DNA of 64,000 nucleotides, from contig CP046180.1 in assembly GCA_014075295.1 (NCBI GenBank), positions 954,458 to 1,018,457 on the forward strand, read 5' to 3'. The notes beneath the pieces were generated by a model that had not been told where the DNA came from, searched no databases, and was given only the letters and a program-made list of their open reading frames with translations. This document shows, one piece after another, positions 38,110 through 47,417 of this stretch. This DNA comes from Candidatus Mycalebacterium zealandia (lineage in GTDB: Bacteria; Desulfobacterota_D; UBA1144; Nemesobacterales; Mycalebacteriaceae). The first letter of the stretch is position 1; the number at the start of each line of letters is the position of its first letter. The translations under genes were made by a program, and so were the position numbers.

Positions 38110-40098
38110 TTAAACAGCCGTAAGTTTCAATCTGCGTCTTACAGGGTCAACTTTGCGTATCTTCGCTCTGACTTGCCCGCCTTCCTTTAAAACGTCCTTT
38201 TTTTCGCCGTGAAGCGGGAACTCCAGACAATACTGCGGGAAATACGCGAACACTCTCCCGTCCGCGATACGCGAAACAGTTCCCTCAAGCCGCGCTTGCG
38301 AGTCCATCATTCTGAAATGCTCAAAAAGCCAAAACCGTGTTCTGCTTCTCTGAACAACGCGCCTGTCATGAATTATCTGTTCGGTTTCGGAGATGATTTG
38401 CAGAATAGATTTTTCATCAAGCCCCGCTTCGCGGCGAATTTCGGACATAATCTGCCTCTGCACAATCAGGTCGCGGTATCTCCTTATGGGCGAGGTCGCC
38501 TGCGCGTAACACTCAACTCCGAGCGAGCGGTGCGAGTCCGGATAAATGTTGATTTTGGATGGCTTCATAAATCTGCCTATCCGAACCGGGAAAAGCGGGT
38601 CTTTTTCATCAACATCTCGCGCGGCGGGAGAAATGGGCTCGGTCTGGGAACGGAAAATTGCGGGCACGGAGTTTTGTTTGAGAAAGACGGCGGAAACATT
38701 GTTCGTGGCTATCATAAGTTCGGAAACAACAAGGTGTGCCTGGCCTTTGGGCTGCGCGAAGCCGGCTTTGATGTTTCCGTCCGCGTCCACGCGGATTTTT
38801 AACTCCGGAACATTCACTATCAACGCGCCCCGCTCAATCCTTTTGTGCTTCAATGCCGCGCATATCTCCGCAAGTTTCTTCCAATCGCCCCCGGTCTCAA
38901 TTAACCCCTCCGCTTCGTCGTAAGTCATGTTGCGTTTGACGGAAATTTTTGTCGCGGCGAAACGAAAATCGCTCATCTCAAGGGTACACGGGTCAAAATC
39001 CATAAAAACCGAAAGCGCGGCGCGCTCGGTTTTCTCAATTAAACTGAGCCGCCCCTTTATCAGTTCCGAGGGGAAAATATCTACCCTGCGCTCGGGAAAA
39101 TACATAGTTTCAGCTGCTTGCTTCGCCTCGCGATCAAGCGCGCCGTCCGGGCGAATGATTAGAGCGACATTGGAAATATGAACCCCTACGCGCAAACAGG
39201 TTTCGGAAGTCTCAAGGGAAATTGCGTCATCAATATCCTCTGTCGTCTCATCGTCAATTGAAAAAGTTTCAAGCGCGGTCAAATCCTCAAGAGAACCGGT
39301 TTCTGTTTTTCCGGAAATCAGGCGCGCTGACTCTTCAAGCGCTTCGGGCGAAAAACCGTCCTTGATTCGGGCGGCTATCATCACGGGGTCGGAACCTTCG
39401 GGCAAGTCACCTGATTCAATCAGCAATTCGGTCGCCTCTGCGGAATCTTTTATTCCGGTGTTTGATAAAATCGCGTGCGCGGTTTTGAAAGCGGGATTCT
39501 CCTCGGCATTTTCAATATAAGCAATCACGGCTTTCACGCACCTTTGCCTGTCAAAACCTTCAGGTTCGAACTCCGAGCCTGAAAGAACCGACCGTATCCA
39601 CTGCTCCGACAAATCACCCTGTATTTTGTCCATGGCGCGTTTTTTGACACGGGCAAGCACTTTTTCAACGCATTTTTCGGCAAGCGGGCGGTAACCACCC
39701 TTGTACCGTTTGAAATAGACCGTGTCTTTGTCAACAGCCCAGAATAGTTTGAGGATTTCGTCCGCATCCGGCTCGGAGCCGGATGAATAAACCGACAAAA
39801 TTTCGCCAAAGGAAACCGTCTCTCCCGCGCCGGCAAAATGCTCCCATAGAGGTTTTAAATCAAAACCGTCTTTGGCGGCTTCAAGATTTTTTCTGAGACG
39901 CCGCATCTCCATTTTCCACTCGGCGTCCGTTTTCAGGTCAAGCGTTATGCCCGCGCTGAACGCGACTTTGTCATCTGAAACCCGCATGTTTTTTCCTTCT
40001 TCGGAAAAAACCGTTACAGCGCCGTCCTCTGAGGAAATAAAAATTCCGCAACACGGCTCCTTTCTCTTTCTGAAAATTACAATTTCGCCCGGTTTCAT
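38110..40098 (-). CDS. rnr: RNase II/R family 3'-5' exoribonuclease
   Basis: RNB catalytic domain with a C-terminal S1-like region. Start set to ATG 40098, directly after the pyrG stop; the longer track start at 40134 would overlap pyrG by 35 nt. Confidence 0.8.
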   Translation of the reverse strand: MKPGEIVIFRKRKEPCCGIFISSEDGAVTVFSEEGKNMRVSDDKVAFSAGITLDLKTDAEWKMEMRRLRKNLEAAKDGFDLKPLWEHFAGAGETVSFGEILSVYSSGSEPDADEILKLFWAVDKDTVYFKRYKGGYRPLAEKCVEKVLARVKKRAMDKIQGDLSEQWIRSVLSGSEFEPEGFDRQRCVKAVIAYIENAEENPAFKTAHAILSNTGIKDSAEATELLIESGDLPEGSDPVMIAARIKDGFSPEALEESARLISGKTETGSLEDLTALETFSIDDETTEDIDDAISLETSETCLRVGVHISNVALIIRPDGALDREAKQAAETMYFPERRVDIFPSELIKGRLSLIEKTERAALSVFMDFDPCTLEMSDFRFAATKISVKRNMTYDEAEGLIETGGDWKKLAEICAALKHKRIERGALIVNVPELKIRVDADGNIKAGFAQPKGQAHLVVSELMIATNNVSAVFLKQNSVPAIFRSQTEPISPAARDVDEKDPLFPVRIGRFMKPSKINIYPDSHRSLGVECYAQATSPIRRYRDLIVQRQIMSEIRREAGLDEKSILQIISETEQIIHDRRVVQRSRTRFWLFEHFRMMDSQARLEGTVSRIADGRVFAYFPQYCLEFPLHGEKKDVLKEGGQVRAKIRKVDPVRRRLKLTAV

Positions 40099-40099
40099 C

Positions 40100-41743
40100 T
40101 CATCTGGATTTCCGGAAATTGAGAGCCGCGCCAATGAAATCCCTGAAAAGAGGATGCGGACACAAAGGAGTTGAAAGAAATTCGGGGTGAAACTGACATC
40201 CTACAAACCACGGGTGTTTTTTGAGTTCAACAATCTCCACAAGCGAAGAATCCGGCGACTCGCCACTTGCCACAAGTCCGCCCGCCTTGAGTTCTGAAAG
40301 GTAATCGTTATTGAATTCAAGACGGTGTCTGTGCCGCTCTGATATGCGCTTTTTCCCATATGCCTTGTGTGCGCGCGTGCCGTTTCGCAACACACACGGG
40401 AAAGCGCCGAGCCTCATAGTCCCCCCTTTCTTTTCAATGTCTTTCTGCCCGCTCAGAAAGTCAATCACCGGATGTGGCGAGTGGGCGTCCACCTCACTTG
40501 AATGGGCTTTTTTTATTCCGCAAACGTCTCGCGCGAATTCCACAACCGCCATTTGCATTCCGAGACAAATTCCAAAAAACGGAATGTTGTTTTTTCTTGC
40601 GCGCGCTATCGCTTTTATCTTGCCCTCATAACCTCTCTCTCCAAAACCGCCGGGCACCAGAATGCCGTCCGCGTCTTTGAGAAGTAACGAACTCTCATTT
40701 TTGATTTCCGCGGAATCAATGTATTTGATGTTCACCTCGCAACCGTTTGCCATTCCTCCATGAACAAGGGCTTCGTGAAGACTTTTGTAGGTGTCGCTCT
40801 GTCCCGTTACATATTTGCCCACAACCGCTATCGTAACGGTCTTTGACATTTTGCCGATGCTTTCAAACATCCTGCGCCAACCCGTCAGTCTGGGGTTTCT
40901 CGTCCATATGTTCAGCTGTGAGGCGACCGTTTCGTCAAAACCCTCACCGTGCAACACAAGCGGCACTTCATAGACTGAGTCCACATCCTTGCCGGATACA
41001 ACCGAATTGAAATCAACATTGCAGAAAAGCGCGATTTTCCGTTTGATTTCATCGGGGAGTTGCTTTTCGGTGCGGCACAGAAGAACATCGGGCTGAATTC
41101 CAATCTTCAGCAACTCCTTCACGCTGTGCTGTGTGGGTTTTGTCTTAAATTCCCCCGAAGCGCCTGCGTAGGGAACGTATGTCAGATGTATGAAAACGGT
41201 GTTTTCCCTTCCAAGTTCAGACCGCAACTGGCGCACGGCTTCAAGGAACGGCAGACTTTCAATGTCTCCCACGGTGCCGCCTATCTCAACAATCACAACA
41301 TCTTTTTCGCCGCTGTTGCCCAGCAATTCTATTCTGGATTTAATCTCATCGGTGATGTGAGGAATAACCTGAACGGTTTTGCCGAGAAACTCGCCCTCTC
41401 TTTCTTTTGTTATGACCGAATGATAGACCGTTCCCGAAGTAAAATTGCACGCGCGTGTAAGTTCGGCTTTTGTAAAACGCTGGTAGTGACCAAGGTCAAG
41501 ATCGGTTTCGGCTCCGTCATCGGTAACAAAAACCTCTCCGTGCTCATAGGGGTTCATCGTTCCGGGGTCAACATTGATATAGGGGTCAAGTTTCTGAACG
41601 CCGATTGTGAGTCCTCTGCTTTCAAGCAGAAGCCCCAGAGACGCGGCGGCTATGCCCTTGCCAAGAGACGACATCACGCCGCCCGTAACAAAAACGTATT
41701 TGACGGGGCGGACTTTCTTTTGCGTGGAAGGTTTTCTGTTCAT
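40100..41743 (-). CDS. pyrG: CTP synthase
   Basis: N-terminal synthetase domain ([16 protein letters not shown]) and a C-terminal glutamine amidotransferase with the GICLGMQ catalytic Cys. Confidence 0.95.
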   Translation of the reverse strand: MNRKPSTQKKVRPVKYVFVTGGVMSSLGKGIAAASLGLLLESRGLTIGVQKLDPYINVDPGTMNPYEHGEVFVTDDGAETDLDLGHYQRFTKAELTRACNFTSGTVYHSVITKEREGEFLGKTVQVIPHITDEIKSRIELLGNSGEKDVVIVEIGGTVGDIESLPFLEAVRQLRSELGRENTVFIHLTYVPYAGASGEFKTKPTQHSVKELLKIGIQPDVLLCRTEKQLPDEIKRKIALFCNVDFNSVVSGKDVDSVYEVPLVLHGEGFDETVASQLNIWTRNPRLTGWRRMFESIGKMSKTVTIAVVGKYVTGQSDTYKSLHEALVHGGMANGCEVNIKYIDSAEIKNESSLLLKDADGILVPGGFGERGYEGKIKAIARARKNNIPFFGICLGMQMAVVEFARDVCGIKKAHSSEVDAHSPHPVIDFLSGQKDIEKKGGTMRLGAFPCVLRNGTRAHKAYGKKRISERHRHRLEFNNDYLSELKAGGLVASGESPDSSLVEIVELKKHPWFVGCQFHPEFLSTPLCPHPLFRDFIGAALNFRKSR

Positions 41744-42354
41744 TAAGCTATCTCCCGCACACGCAAGGCAATCTCTCTTGACGCCTTGCCCCTGTGGCTT
41801 ATGCGGTTTTTCTCTTCAGCGGAAATTTCAGCCATTGTTTTCCCTAAAGACGGGAGAAAGAAAACAGGGTCATAGCCAAATCCGCCATCACCTTTTTTTG
41901 CCTCCGCTATCACTCCTTCGCACACTCCGTCCACAACAATTTTCTCCCCGTCCGGCAAAATCAGAGTCAGAACGCAAACATAGCGTGCGCCTCTGTCCTG
42001 AACGCCTTTGAGTTCCGACATCAATTTATCCAAGTTTTCCTCATCGGTGGAGTTTTCGCCCGCGTAACGCGCGCTGCGCACTCCGGGTCTGCCGCCGAGC
42101 GCGTGAATTTCAATTCCCGAATCGTCCGCGAGCACGGCGGGCACAACGGAGCGTTCGGAACGAACAGTTTCAAAAACCGCTCGGGCTTTAAGAAGCGAAT
42201 TTCCCGCGAAGGTTTCGCCGGTTTCCTCCGGCATAACAACCGAAGGAAAATCTTTGAGGGATAAAATTTTGTTGAAAACTCCGCTCATCAGGCAGCCGAA
42301 TTCACGCGCTTTGCCTTCATTGCCGGTCGCAACAATGATTTCATCAAGGTTCAC
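41743..42354 (-). CDS. rdgB: non-canonical purine NTP pyrophosphatase (RdgB/Ham1)
   Basis: [18 protein letters not shown] and the C-terminal motifs. Start trimmed to GTG 42354, because the track ORF extension overlaps the 3' end of ssrA. Confidence 0.8.
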   Translation of the reverse strand: MNLDEIIVATGNEGKAREFGCLMSGVFNKILSLKDFPSVVMPEETGETFAGNSLLKARAVFETVRSERSVVPAVLADDSGIEIHALGGRPGVRSARYAGENSTDEENLDKLMSELKGVQDRGARYVCVLTLILPDGEKIVVDGVCEGVIAEAKKGDGGFGYDPVFFLPSLGKTMAEISAEEKNRISHRGKASREIALRVREIA

Positions 42355-42373
42355 AGAATTATTCCATTTAATC

Positions 42374-42726
42374 TGGTGGAGGCGGCGGGAATTGAACCCG
42401 CGTCCGCAAAAGAGAATCACCCAGCCTCTACATGCTTATCCCGCCGTAATTTGACGGAGAAAGTTGCCGGCGGGCGAGCGCTTTTTCCGTTTTCCCGATG
42501 AGTTTTCTCACCCGTTCGCGCACCGGAAGCCGCGAACAAGCCAGCCTGCTGGATGCCGCCTCACGAAGCCCGCAGGCATTGCCGCGTGAAGCGCTGCGGC
42601 GTTAATTAGGCCGCAAGTGCGTTAATTGGTTCGCCGTTTAATAAGCGAGAGGTCAGTTTAACGAGTTAGCCAAGCTCGGCATGCAACATGAGCTGTCTTC
42701 AGATACGTCGAAGCCAGTTCGCCCCC
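42374..42726 (-). ncRNA. ssrA: transfer-messenger RNA (tmRNA, SsrA)
   Basis: 5' GGGGGCGAACUGGCUUCGACG and 3' GGACGCGGGUUCAAUUCCCGCCGCCUCCACCA, i.e. a tRNA-Ala-like acceptor with the G3-U wobble pair. An internal tag ORF reads ...NGEPINALAA-stop. About 353 nt. Confidence 0.85.
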
Positions 42727-42739
42727 TGTCGGGATACGG

Positions 42740-42768
42740 ATACTAATGAATTGAAGGCGATATTTCAA
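42740..42768 (-). promoter_or_regulatory. putative sigma-70 promoter of ssrA (TTGAAA, 17-nt spacer, TAGTAT)
   Basis: Minus-strand -35 TTGAAA (42768..42763) and -10 TAGTAT (42745..42740), about 13 nt upstream of the mature tmRNA 5' end. Confidence 0.35.
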
Positions 42769-42793
42769 GAATGGGTTTTGAGCAACTGTAATT

Positions 42794-43468
42794 TCAATTA
42801 AAAATGTGCCGCCGAAGTTTCCGCGCCAAAGAGGGATTTAATTTGTTCAACCGCTCCCACGCTTCTTTTGCCTTCTTGTCCTGACGGTTGAGTTTGTAAG
42901 AACCTGCCAAGTTATACCACGCTTCCGCAAACTCAGGATTTATTCGGAGTACCTCTCTATATGACTCTACCGCTTCCCCGTATCTGCCTTGTCTGCCATA
43001 AACATTCCCCAAGTTATACCACGCTTCCGCATACTCAGGATTTATTCGGAGTGCCTCTCTGTATGACTCTACCGCTTCCCCGTATCTGCCTTGTTTAGCA
43101 TAAGAAAGTCCCAAGTTATTCCACGCACCCGCAAGCTCAGGATTTATTCGGAGTGCCTCTCTATATGACTCTACCGCTTCCCCGTATCTGCCTTGGTTAT
43201 AATAAGAAACTCCCAAGTTATTCCACGCTTCCGCATCCTCAGGATCTATTCGCAACGCCTCACGAAAAGACTCTATTTCTTCCCCGTATCTGCCTTGTTT
43301 TGCATAAGTAGTTCCCAAGTTATTCCACGCTTCCGCAAGCTCAGGATTTATTCGGAGTGCCTCTCTATATGACTCTATCGCTTGTCCGTGTCTGCCTTGT
43401 TTGGCATAAGAAAATCCCAAATAAAACCACCCCAAAGAATCAGAAGGTAAAAGTTCAATCCACTTCAA
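42794..43468 (-). CDS. tetratricopeptide repeat protein
   Basis: Six near-identical 34-aa TPR units (AWNNLGxSYAKQGRYGEAVESYREALRINPEx) in a 224-aa protein. Confidence 0.85.
   Translation of the reverse strand: MKWIELLPSDSLGWFYLGFSYAKQGRHGQAIESYREALRINPELAEAWNNLGTTYAKQGRYGEEIESFREALRIDPEDAEAWNNLGVSYYNQGRYGEAVESYREALRINPELAGAWNNLGLSYAKQGRYGEAVESYREALRINPEYAEAWYNLGNVYGRQGRYGEAVESYREVLRINPEFAEAWYNLAGSYKLNRQDKKAKEAWERLNKLNPSLARKLRRHIFN
42900..43440. repeat. tandem 102-bp coding repeats (TPR units) within the TPR gene
   Basis: Near-identical DNA units recur with a 102-bp period (e.g. ...ctcaggatttattcggagtgcctctctatatgactctaccgcttccccgtatctgcc...). Confidence 0.6.
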
Positions 43469-43495
43469 GGAGTGCTTTTCAAGTTCAACCCAATC

Positions 43496-44221
43496 CTAAC
43501 TATCAACCAGAGAATTTGCCAAGATGAGATTCAGCAAACGAAAACCGGCAATCAGTGTTTCGGAGCTTATAGTAGAATCGGTCTCAATCCCGCTTACACG
43601 GACTTCCTCTATCCATTCAACTGGAGTTGCAAACCCTATGTTTTGTGCCTCTTCCAAAACAAAAGACACAATGCCGACAAGATTGCCTTTCTTATCAAAA
43701 AGCCCACCCCCTGAGGAACCTGATGAAACTGATGCGTCAGTCTGAATAATCGGGGGAGAGTCTTTCTTATCTCTGCGCAGTTGAGAAACCAGCCCCGCGC
43801 TTAAACTGTAATCCATTCCTTCGGGCGAACCGATTGCGTAAACGGATTCACCAATTTTCAGAGAATTTGATGGGCGAATTTTTGCCTTTTTGCTTTTCAA
43901 TCCCGGAACATTCAGCAAACAGACATCTTTTTCCCAATCGGCGCGGAAAAGCGTGGCGGTTTTTGGCTGCCCCGTTTTGGTATGAACGGTTATTTTTTCT
44001 CCGTTTTCTATAACATGACAGTTTGTAACAACTTCGCCTTTGCCGATGACAACACCGCTACCCTGTGATGTATTTTTCCCTTCGTCATCATAAACATAGA
44101 CAACCACAACTGAGCGGGACGCTTTCTTAAAAACCTTTGAAGCGTCTTGCGCGAACGCAAAGGAAGCAAGTGCGAAAAACGCAATTGGCAACAGAAAAAT
44201 TGTTTTCAATCTCACAGACAT
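43496..44221 (-). CDS. secreted trypsin-like (S1) serine protease
   Basis: Signal peptide (LKTIFLLPIAFFALASFAFA) and the catalytic triad context TNCHV / DVCLL / GSSGGGLF. No PDZ domain. Start set to ATG 44221. Confidence 0.75.
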   Translation of the reverse strand: MSVRLKTIFLLPIAFFALASFAFAQDASKVFKKASRSVVVVYVYDDEGKNTSQGSGVVIGKGEVVTNCHVIENGEKITVHTKTGQPKTATLFRADWEKDVCLLNVPGLKSKKAKIRPSNSLKIGESVYAIGSPEGMDYSLSAGLVSQLRRDKKDSPPIIQTDASVSSGSSGGGLFDKKGNLVGIVSFVLEEAQNIGFATPVEWIEEVRVSGIETDSTISSETLIAGFRLLNLILANSLVDS

Positions 44222-44396
44222 TCCGTTGATTTTATCACAAGTTTTCTCAATGCCACGGATAGGGGTCTTTATCAACGGGATTGCTGATATTTATCGTATC
44301 GATTGGGGTTGTAGTTTTGATTTTTGTTTTTGCGTTTAACCTTTGCTCTCAGTTCGACGGGCGCGGTTTTGAGGCATAAGCGCCTGCCGGATTTTC

Positions 44397-44636
44397 TCAC
44401 GCTCCGGTATGTTCGGGGTCCGCTTTGACCGTTTTTTTATAAAATTCAATCGCTTTGGAGTAAAGCCTCTGCGTCTTGTAAGCGACTCCCGCCGGATGCA
44501 GAGTTTCGGCTTTACCGTAAAAACCTTTTTCCGCCTGAACAATTCAGGACTACCGGGCTGCGGAACCTCCGAACGCCGACACGGAAGTTGCCGCAAACAA
44601 AACGAGAACCGCAAAAAATGCCAAACAGCGCGTCAT
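44397..44636 (-). pseudogene. small secreted TPR-like ORF interrupted by two in-frame stops; alternatively a 27-aa peptide gene coupled to smpB
   Basis: The ATG overlaps the smpB TGA stop (ATGA). The frame reads MTRCLAFFAVLVLFAATSVSAFGGSAAR, then TAG, S, TGA, then IVQAEKGFYGKAETLHPAGVAYKTQRLYSKAIEFYKKTVKADPEHTGA (TPR-like), then stop. Confidence 0.3.
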
Positions 44637-45088
44637 CTTCTTTTCATTTCCCTTTTCATCGCTCTTTCCATTTCCCTGTCGGCTTCGCGTTTTTTGACGT
44701 CGGAACGCTTGTCGTAAAGCTTCTTTCCTTTTGCGAGCGCGACTTCCACCTTCGCAAAACCGCCGCGAAAATAGATTGAGGTTGGCACAAGCGTGTAGCC
44801 CTTCATTTGAGTTTTACCGATAAGTTTGTCTATTTCGCGCTTTTTCAAAAGCAGTTTGCGCGAACGGTTGGGCTCATGATCAAGCGCGCCCGCCGCCTCA
44901 TACGGCGCGATGTAGCTGCCTACGAGATGAACCTCGCCGCGCTGTGCAACCGCATAACTCTCTTTTATGCTCGCCTTGCCGTTTCGCAGGGATTTGACTT
45001 CGGAGCCCGTCAGCACAAGACCGGCTTCAAACTTCTCCTCTATGTGATAATCCCTGTTAACGGTCGGATGTTTGCATACACGCTTCAT
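44633..45088 (-). CDS. smpB: SsrA-binding protein
   Basis: 151 aa with a canonical SmpB sequence (NRDYHIEEKFEAGLVLTGSEVKSLR... and a basic C-terminal tail). Confidence 0.9.
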   Translation of the reverse strand: MKRVCKHPTVNRDYHIEEKFEAGLVLTGSEVKSLRNGKASIKESYAVAQRGEVHLVGSYIAPYEAAGALDHEPNRSRKLLLKKREIDKLIGKTQMKGYTLVPTSIYFRGGFAKVEVALAKGKKLYDKRSDVKKREADREMERAMKREMKRR

Positions 45089-45174
45089 CGGAAATCACCG
45101 TGCGGCTCCCGGCATTGCCGGACAAACCGCATCTTCCATAATAAAAATAACTCCGATAAAACAGAATATGAAAA

Positions 45175-45831
45175 TTAGTAGAAAGTTCCCGCCACTCCAA
45201 GAACCGCCGCTATAAAACTTACCGGAGCCAAATCCTCTATTGTGTCCAGACTTGTGTTGGCTTTGAAAATCATCTCCTGCGCGGCTTCATAGAGGTCTTC
45301 CTCGTTGATAATTTTGCCGACTGAACCCTCGCCTTTGTCCACTTTTGTGAGTATGGAATTGAGCCGAGTCGCGGCTTGCGCGGCTTCATCAAGAAATTCT
45401 CCGGCGTCCTGAATGATTTTGTCGAAATCATGCGGAGTTTTGCCATCCAGAGACTCCCCGGACGCAAGCGCGCGCCCTTGCGGAGAACCTAATGAAAGAT
45501 TGACGTAACTTGTTCCCAGAAGGCTGCTGAGACGCACGGTGGCGACTGTGTTTGTGTTCAGGGGAATATCTTTGCGCACTCTCACGCTCACTTTTATTCT
45601 GCCGCCGTCCGAAGAAAAACCTATGCTTCTTACATTGCCCACCCTGACTCCCTCCATCTTGACAAGCGAGCCCTCTTCAAGCCCCGAAACGGAGTCAAAA
45701 TACACATCCAGATTTCTATAACCGGAAAGAAAAGACGACGAGCCCGCGAACTCAAGCACAACCATAATCGCCAGAATACCGGCAAGAAAAAAACCGCCGA
45801 TTTGCAAATCTCTTTTTTTCAATCCCTTCAA
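45175..45831 (-). CDS. mlaD: MCE-domain protein MlaD (ABC transporter substrate-binding component)
   Basis: N-terminal TM anchor plus a single MCE domain; operon with mlaE and mlaF. Confidence 0.8.
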   Translation of the reverse strand: MKGLKKRDLQIGGFFLAGILAIMVVLEFAGSSSFLSGYRNLDVYFDSVSGLEEGSLVKMEGVRVGNVRSIGFSSDGGRIKVSVRVRKDIPLNTNTVATVRLSSLLGTSYVNLSLGSPQGRALASGESLDGKTPHDFDKIIQDAGEFLDEAAQAATRLNSILTKVDKGEGSVGKIINEEDLYEAAQEMIFKANTSLDTIEDLAPVSFIAAVLGVAGTFY

Positions 45832-46613
45832 CTTTGCTCCTCTAAACTCTCTTCAGCATTGGAACCGGAGAAAAAACCGCGCACAAGCGGATTTTTGCTG
45901 GTGGAGATTTCCTCATATGTGCCAGTCTCAACAATCTGTCCACTGTGCATTATAGATAACCGTTCAGCGAGAGCAAAAGCAAGTTCAACATCGTGCGTTA
46001 CCACAATCTGGGTTATTCCAATTTCGCGTCTGATAATAAGCAGTAAATCCCTGACGGATTTTTTTGTCGCGGGGTCAAGCCCGGTTGTGGGCTCGTCAAA
46101 AAGTATTACATCGGGATTGGTCAAAAGCGCGCGGGCGATTGCAACACGCCTGCGCATCCCGCCGCTCAATTCTGAAGGCATGGCGGACTCCCTGCCCGCG
46201 AGCCCGACAAGCGAAAGAACCGCAGTGGAAAGTTCTTTTATGGCGCTTTCGCAATCAATAACCCCGTGCTCCCTGATAAACAGTTCCACATTTTCCGAAA
46301 CGCTCATTGAATTAAAAAGCGCCGAGGACTGAAAAACAAAAGAAACAGTTGTGCGCGTAACCTCAATAGGCTCCGAACCTATCAACACCTCTCCCGCGTC
46401 CGGAGTTTCAAGCCCCGAAATGTGCCTCATGAGCAATGTTTTTCCCGAACCGCTTCTGCCGAGAAGAACAATCATCTCGCCGGCGGAAACTTTGAAGTCA
46501 ACCCCTTTGAGAACTTCCTGCCCGTCAAACGATTTTCTCAAACCCCGAACTTCAACCGAAACCGGTTTTCCGTTCAGAAATGACAGGAGTTTATCAATAT
46601 TGTTGCCGCTCAT
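45828..46613 (-). CDS. mlaF: ABC transporter ATP-binding protein MlaF
   Basis: Walker A GRSGSGKT, the ABC signature LSGGMRRRVAIARAL and a Walker B motif. Confidence 0.85.
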   Translation of the reverse strand: MSGNNIDKLLSFLNGKPVSVEVRGLRKSFDGQEVLKGVDFKVSAGEMIVLLGRSGSGKTLLMRHISGLETPDAGEVLIGSEPIEVTRTTVSFVFQSSALFNSMSVSENVELFIREHGVIDCESAIKELSTAVLSLVGLAGRESAMPSELSGGMRRRVAIARALLTNPDVILFDEPTTGLDPATKKSVRDLLLIIRREIGITQIVVTHDVELAFALAERLSIMHSGQIVETGTYEEISTSKNPLVRGFFSGSNAEESLEEQS

Positions 46614-46634
46614 CAGACTTCGCGCGCTCCGCCC

Positions 46635-47417
46635 TTAAATTATCCCCGCAAGGAACAGGATTTTTGATATGAAATAGTCGCATACGAGAATCATCACTAT
46701 TGACGCGACAACCGCGCGCGTAACCGAAACCCCGATTTGGCGAGGCCCGCCGGTTGTTTCAAGCCCGATTTTGCAACAAATCACCAAAATAACAAAACCG
46801 AAAACAAGCGCTTTTATAACGCCGTTCAAAACCGTTTTCAGATCAACGAAATCACCCAGATTATTGAAATAGGTAACCGCCGGAAGAGAAATCTCCGGAT
46901 TTGTCGCTCCAACGAGCGCACCGCCGAGCCAGCCCGTAACAATCATTAAAAGCACAAGAATTGGCATTGAAACCGCAAAAGCCACGAGGCGGGGCATCAC
47001 AAGAAATTTTACGGGGTCTATTTTCATTGTTTTGAGCGCATCAATCTCATCGTAAACCCTCATTGACGCAAGTTCCGCGGTTATTGATGAACCCAAACGC
47101 CCGGCAACCAGAATTGAACACATAACAGGCCCGATTTCCCTTGAAACCGCCACGCCTATGAGCCCGCCGAGAGTTTCCTGAATTCCAAAATCGGCAAGAA
47201 GCGGACCCGTTTGAAGGGCAAGAACCGCGCCGCCCGAAAGCCCGATAACCGAAGCGACAAGAAGCGTGTCTGAGCCGATTACGACTATTTGAAAAAACAC
47301 CTTGTCCGCGTTCGCTCTGATGTCTTTACACCAGTAAGCGGAGAGAAAAAACAAACGAAGCGCGCCGCCCGTGAAAAACGCAAAACGGTTTAGAATTCCC
47401 TCTTTCATCTGCGGCAA
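46635..47417 (-). CDS. mlaE: ABC transporter permease MlaE
   Basis: 260-aa MlaE/Ttg2B-type permease with about five TM segments. Confidence 0.85.
   Translation of the reverse strand: MPQMKEGILNRFAFFTGGALRLFFLSAYWCKDIRANADKVFFQIVVIGSDTLLVASVIGLSGGAVLALQTGPLLADFGIQETLGGLIGVAVSREIGPVMCSILVAGRLGSSITAELASMRVYDEIDALKTMKIDPVKFLVMPRLVAFAVSMPILVLLMIVTGWLGGALVGATNPEISLPAVTYFNNLGDFVDLKTVLNGVIKALVFGFVILVICCKIGLETTGGPRQIGVSVTRAVVASIVMILVCDYFISKILFLAGII

Noticed and set aside
41743-42420. The long form of the rdgB ORF starts at 42420.
   Set aside because: Its first 22 codons overlap the 3' tRNA-like end of tmRNA. The GTG at 42354 gives a canonical RdgB N-terminus ([15 protein letters not shown]).
42900-43440. 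Regularly spaced repeats checked as a possible CRISPR array.
   Set aside because: The period is 102 bp with no unique spacers, and the units are in-frame TPR coding repeats. No cas genes occur in the window.
44336-44614. An arginine-rich 92-aa minus-strand ORF in the smpB-protease spacer.
   Set aside because: It has biased R/K composition and no ribosome-binding site. The region is better explained by the signal-peptide/TPR-like frame, which has two in-frame stops, in a different frame.
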